DNA of 64,000 nucleotides from Escherichia coli (GTDB lineage Bacteria; Pseudomonadota; Gammaproteobacteria; Enterobacterales; Enterobacteriaceae): NCBI RefSeq assembly GCF_030384885.1, contig NZ_CP128613.1; one strand, 5' to 3'. Shown piece by piece: positions 61,236 to 64,000 of this stretch (position 1 is its first letter; each line of letters starts with the position of its first letter). The notes under the pieces were generated by a model. It saw only the letters and a program-made list of their open reading frames with translations, ran no database searches and was not told where the DNA came from. The position numbers and the translations under genes were made by a program.

Positions 61236-61460
61236 ATCAGACTCCTGAGTGGTTTTTGATTACAAACACCAACAATCTTAGACAATAATTAATCTAATAC
61301 CATCAAATGGTTAATCATGATTTTTGTTTTGTGATTCTGATTAAGAAAAAGAAAATACCAGACGATAAGACAAAATATCAAGCGTTGTGAAGAAATGTTA
61401 ATTGCTCTTTTGCGTCTATAGTCATGATGTCAAATGAACGCGTTTCGACAGGAAATCATC
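61236..61460. promoter_or_regulatory. divergent rclR / rclABC control region
   Basis: AT-rich intergenic region between divergent regulator and target operon. Confidence 0.5.
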
Positions 61461-62786
61461 ATGAATAAATATCAGGCAGTTATTATTGGTTTTGGCAAGG
61501 CTGGAAAAACATTAGCCGTCACGCTGGCAAAAGCAGGTTGGCGTGTGGCTCTCATCGAACAATCAAATGCAATGTATGGCGGGACCTGTATTAATATCGG
61601 CTGTATCCCAACCAAAACATTGGTTCATGACGCACAGCAGCACACAGATTTTGTCCGTGCCATACAGCGTAAAAATGAAGTGGTTAATTTTTTACGTAAT
61701 AAGAATTTTCATAATCTTGCGGATATGCCCAATATCGACGTGATCGACGGCCAGGCGGAGTTTATCAATAATCATAGCCTGCGTGTTCATCGGCCTGGGG
61801 GAAATCTGGAGATTCATGGCGAGAAAATTTTTATTAATACCGGTGCACAAGCCGTGGTTCCGCCAATTCCTGGAATTACCACCACGCCTGGTGTATATGA
61901 CAGCACCGGATTACTTAATCTAAAAGAATTGCCTGGGCATTTAGGTATTTTGGGCGGCGGATATATTGGCGTTGAGTTCGCCTCTATGTTCGCTAATTTT
62001 GGCAGCAAAGTAACCATTTTAGAGGCAACTTCGCTGTTTTTGCCTCGGGAAGATCGGGATATTGCTGATAATATCGCGACGATTTTACGCGATCAGGGCG
62101 TCGATATTATCCTCAATACCCATGTGGAGCGAATCAATCACCATGAAAATCAAGTGCAAGTGCATAGCGATCACGCCCAACTGGCGGTGGATGCACTGTT
62201 AATAGCTTCCGGTCGTCAACCGGCTACCGCTTCGTTACATCCAGAAAATGCAGGTATCGCAGTAAACGAACGTGGGGCAATTGTCGTTGACAAGCAATTA
62301 CATACCACCGCAGACAATATTTGGGCGATGGGAGATGTTACCGGCGGGCTGCAATTTACTTACATTTCACTGGATGATTACCGCATTGTGCGTGATGAAT
62401 TGCTGGGAGAAGGCAGACGTAGTACTGATGATCGGAAAAATGTGCCTTATTCCGTATTCATGACACCGCCACTGTCCAGGGTTGGTATGACAGAAGAACA
62501 AGCCAGAGAGAGTGGTGCAGATATTCAGGTGGTGACATTGCCTGTAGCTGCAATTCCGCGCGCAAGAGTGATGAACGATACCCGTGGGGTATTAAAAGCG
62601 ATTGTTGATAATAAAACCCAACGTATATTAGGGGCATCACTGCTGTGTGTTGACTCCCACGAGATGATCAATATAGTAAAAATGGTGATGGATGCCGGGC
62701 TGCCTTATAGCATATTACGCGATCAGATATTTACTCATCCGTCGATGAGCGAATCACTCAATGATCTATTTTCATTAGTCAAATAA
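61461..62786 (+). CDS. rclA: pyridine nucleotide-disulfide oxidoreductase
   Basis: 441 aa from the internal Met, MNKYQAVIIGFGKAGKTLAV...; redox-active GGTCINIGCIP. Confidence 0.93.
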   Translation: MNKYQAVIIGFGKAGKTLAVTLAKAGWRVALIEQSNAMYGGTCINIGCIPTKTLVHDAQQHTDFVRAIQRKNEVVNFLRNKNFHNLADMPNIDVIDGQAEFINNHSLRVHRPGGNLEIHGEKIFINTGAQAVVPPIPGITTTPGVYDSTGLLNLKELPGHLGILGGGYIGVEFASMFANFGSKVTILEATSLFLPREDRDIADNIATILRDQGVDIILNTHVERINHHENQVQVHSDHAQLAVDALLIASGRQPATASLHPENAGIAVNERGAIVVDKQLHTTADNIWAMGDVTGGLQFTYISLDDYRIVRDELLGEGRRSTDDRKNVPYSVFMTPPLSRVGMTEEQARESGADIQVVTLPVAAIPRARVMNDTRGVLKAIVDNKTQRILGASLLCVDSHEMINIVKMVMDAGLPYSILRDQIFTHPSMSESLNDLFSLVK

Positions 62787-62894
62787 ACTCAAAATCAGAC
62801 GCCAGGACAAATATTCTGGCGTCTCAGAGAAAAGAATCTTATTAATTCCTTGTTATTATATAACTTCTTAATCACTTCATTGATGGTATTTTAT

Positions 62895-63131
62895 ATGTTT
62901 AAAAAACCTGTTTTATTTGCAACACTATTATCTGGCGTTATGGCATTTTCCACCAATGCAGATGATAAAATAATTCTGAAACATATCAGCGTCTCGTCAG
63001 TATCAGCATCACCGACAGTTCTGGAGGATGCCATTGCTGATATAGCCAGAAAATATAATGCTTCATCCTGGAAAGTCACATCGATGCGAATTGATAATAA
63101 TTCAACCGCAACAGCAGTATTGTATAAATAA
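62895..63131 (+). CDS. rclB: DUF1471 periplasmic small protein
   Basis: 78 aa with signal peptide, MFKKPVLFATLLSGVMAFSTNA... Confidence 0.88.
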   Translation: MFKKPVLFATLLSGVMAFSTNADDKIILKHISVSSVSASPTVLEDAIADIARKYNASSWKVTSMRIDNNSTATAVLYK

Positions 63132-63142
63132 GGATGTTCACA

Positions 63143-63736
63143 ATGGAAAAATACCTGCACCTGTTAAGTCGGGGAGATAAAATTGGCCTGACATTGATTC
63201 GTCTGAGTATTGCGATTGTTTTTATGTGGATTGGGTTATTAAAGTTTGTCCCTTACGAGGCAGACAGCATTACACCATTCGTCGCAAACAGTCCACTAAT
63301 GTCGTTCTTTTATGAACACCCGGAAGACTATAAACAGTATCTGACTCACGAAGGCGAATACAAACCAGAAGCAAGGGCATGGCAATCGGCCAATAATACC
63401 TATGGTTTTTCCAACGGTCTTGGCGTCGTGGAGGTGATTATTGCTCTGCTGGTTTTGGCTAATCCTGTCAATCGCTGGTTAGGTTTATTGGGAGGGCTGA
63501 TGGCATTTACCACACCGTTGGTAACACTCTCATTTTTAATCACCACCCCGGAGGCATGGGTACCCGCATTGGGTGACGCTCATCATGGTTTCCCTTATTT
63601 ATCCGGTGCTGGTCGCTTGGTATTGAAAGATACTCTGATGCTGGCAGGTGCTGCCATGATAATGGCAGATTCGGCGCGGGAAATTCTTAAACAACGCAGT
63701 AATGAATCCAGTTCAACGTTAAAAACTGAATATTGA
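63143..63736 (+). CDS. rclC: DUF417 inner-membrane protein
   Basis: 197 aa, MEKYLHLLSRGDKIGLTLIRLSIAIVFMWIGLLKF...; an ATG three codons upstream (63134) is also possible. Confidence 0.9.
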   Translation: MEKYLHLLSRGDKIGLTLIRLSIAIVFMWIGLLKFVPYEADSITPFVANSPLMSFFYEHPEDYKQYLTHEGEYKPEARAWQSANNTYGFSNGLGVVEVIIALLVLANPVNRWLGLLGGLMAFTTPLVTLSFLITTPEAWVPALGDAHHGFPYLSGAGRLVLKDTLMLAGAAMIMADSAREILKQRSNESSSTLKTEY

Positions 63737-63768
63737 TAATCCGAACACTGTCTGTTGTTCACTTTTTC

Positions 63769-63806
63769 AGGCGTCAGGCCCCCTTTCTGATGATGAAGCC
63801 TGACGC
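63769..63806. terminator. GC-rich hairpin downstream of rclC
   Basis: 10-bp inverted repeat ggcgtcaggc / gcctgacgcc with 18-nt loop; no clear U-tract. Confidence 0.3.
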
Positions 63807-64000
63807 CATATTACCGGAGATATGACAGAGTGAAGATCAATATCACTCCCCTGTTAAAAGATTCTTGTCGTCTCAGGTAAAATACATGATTAATATCAAT
63901 CATGTATTTTTACAGCAAGACAACCACGAACAAATTCAGGATTAAAATGTTTTACCGACTCCCCAACATAACCCAAATCAAGCGAACTAATTTGTGCCAT

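Overview
This window is an Escherichia coli-type chromosomal segment covering the mhp, lac, cyn, cod, prp, yah, bet, ykg and rcl loci, in reverse orientation relative to K-12 MG1655 numbering. Gene order read from the sequence: mhpT(partial)-mhpEFDCBA / mhpR / [MBL-fold hydrolase + GlxA-type regulator] / lacI-lacZYA / cynXST / cynR / codAB / prpEDCB / prpR / yahO / yahN / yahL / yahK / [4-gene CUT2 ABC importer + ASCH gene] / yahJIGFED / yahCB / pdeL / betT / betIBA / ykgH-like fragments / ykgGFE / rclR / rclABC. Most genes were recognised by direct translation and match known E. coli proteins at roughly 95-99% identity, so this is a non-K-12 lineage. Comparisons to K-12 are from memory and were not aligned. 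The points most worth a second look are: (1) a ~1.9 kb two-gene module between mhpR and lacI, whose 3' end encodes the lacI promoter; (2) a ~5 kb ABC importer plus ASCH gene sitting between yahK and yahJ, beside a Tat-exported amidohydrolase and the FdrA/DUF1116/DUF2877/carbamate-kinase-like yahD-J cluster; (3) a tRNA-like remnant with encoded CCA in the AT-rich yahN-yahL gap; (4) an apparently degraded ykgH locus carrying a perfect 14-bp inverted repeat. No transposase, integrase, CRISPR array or phage genes were seen; the tandem repeats present are REP/BIME arrays.
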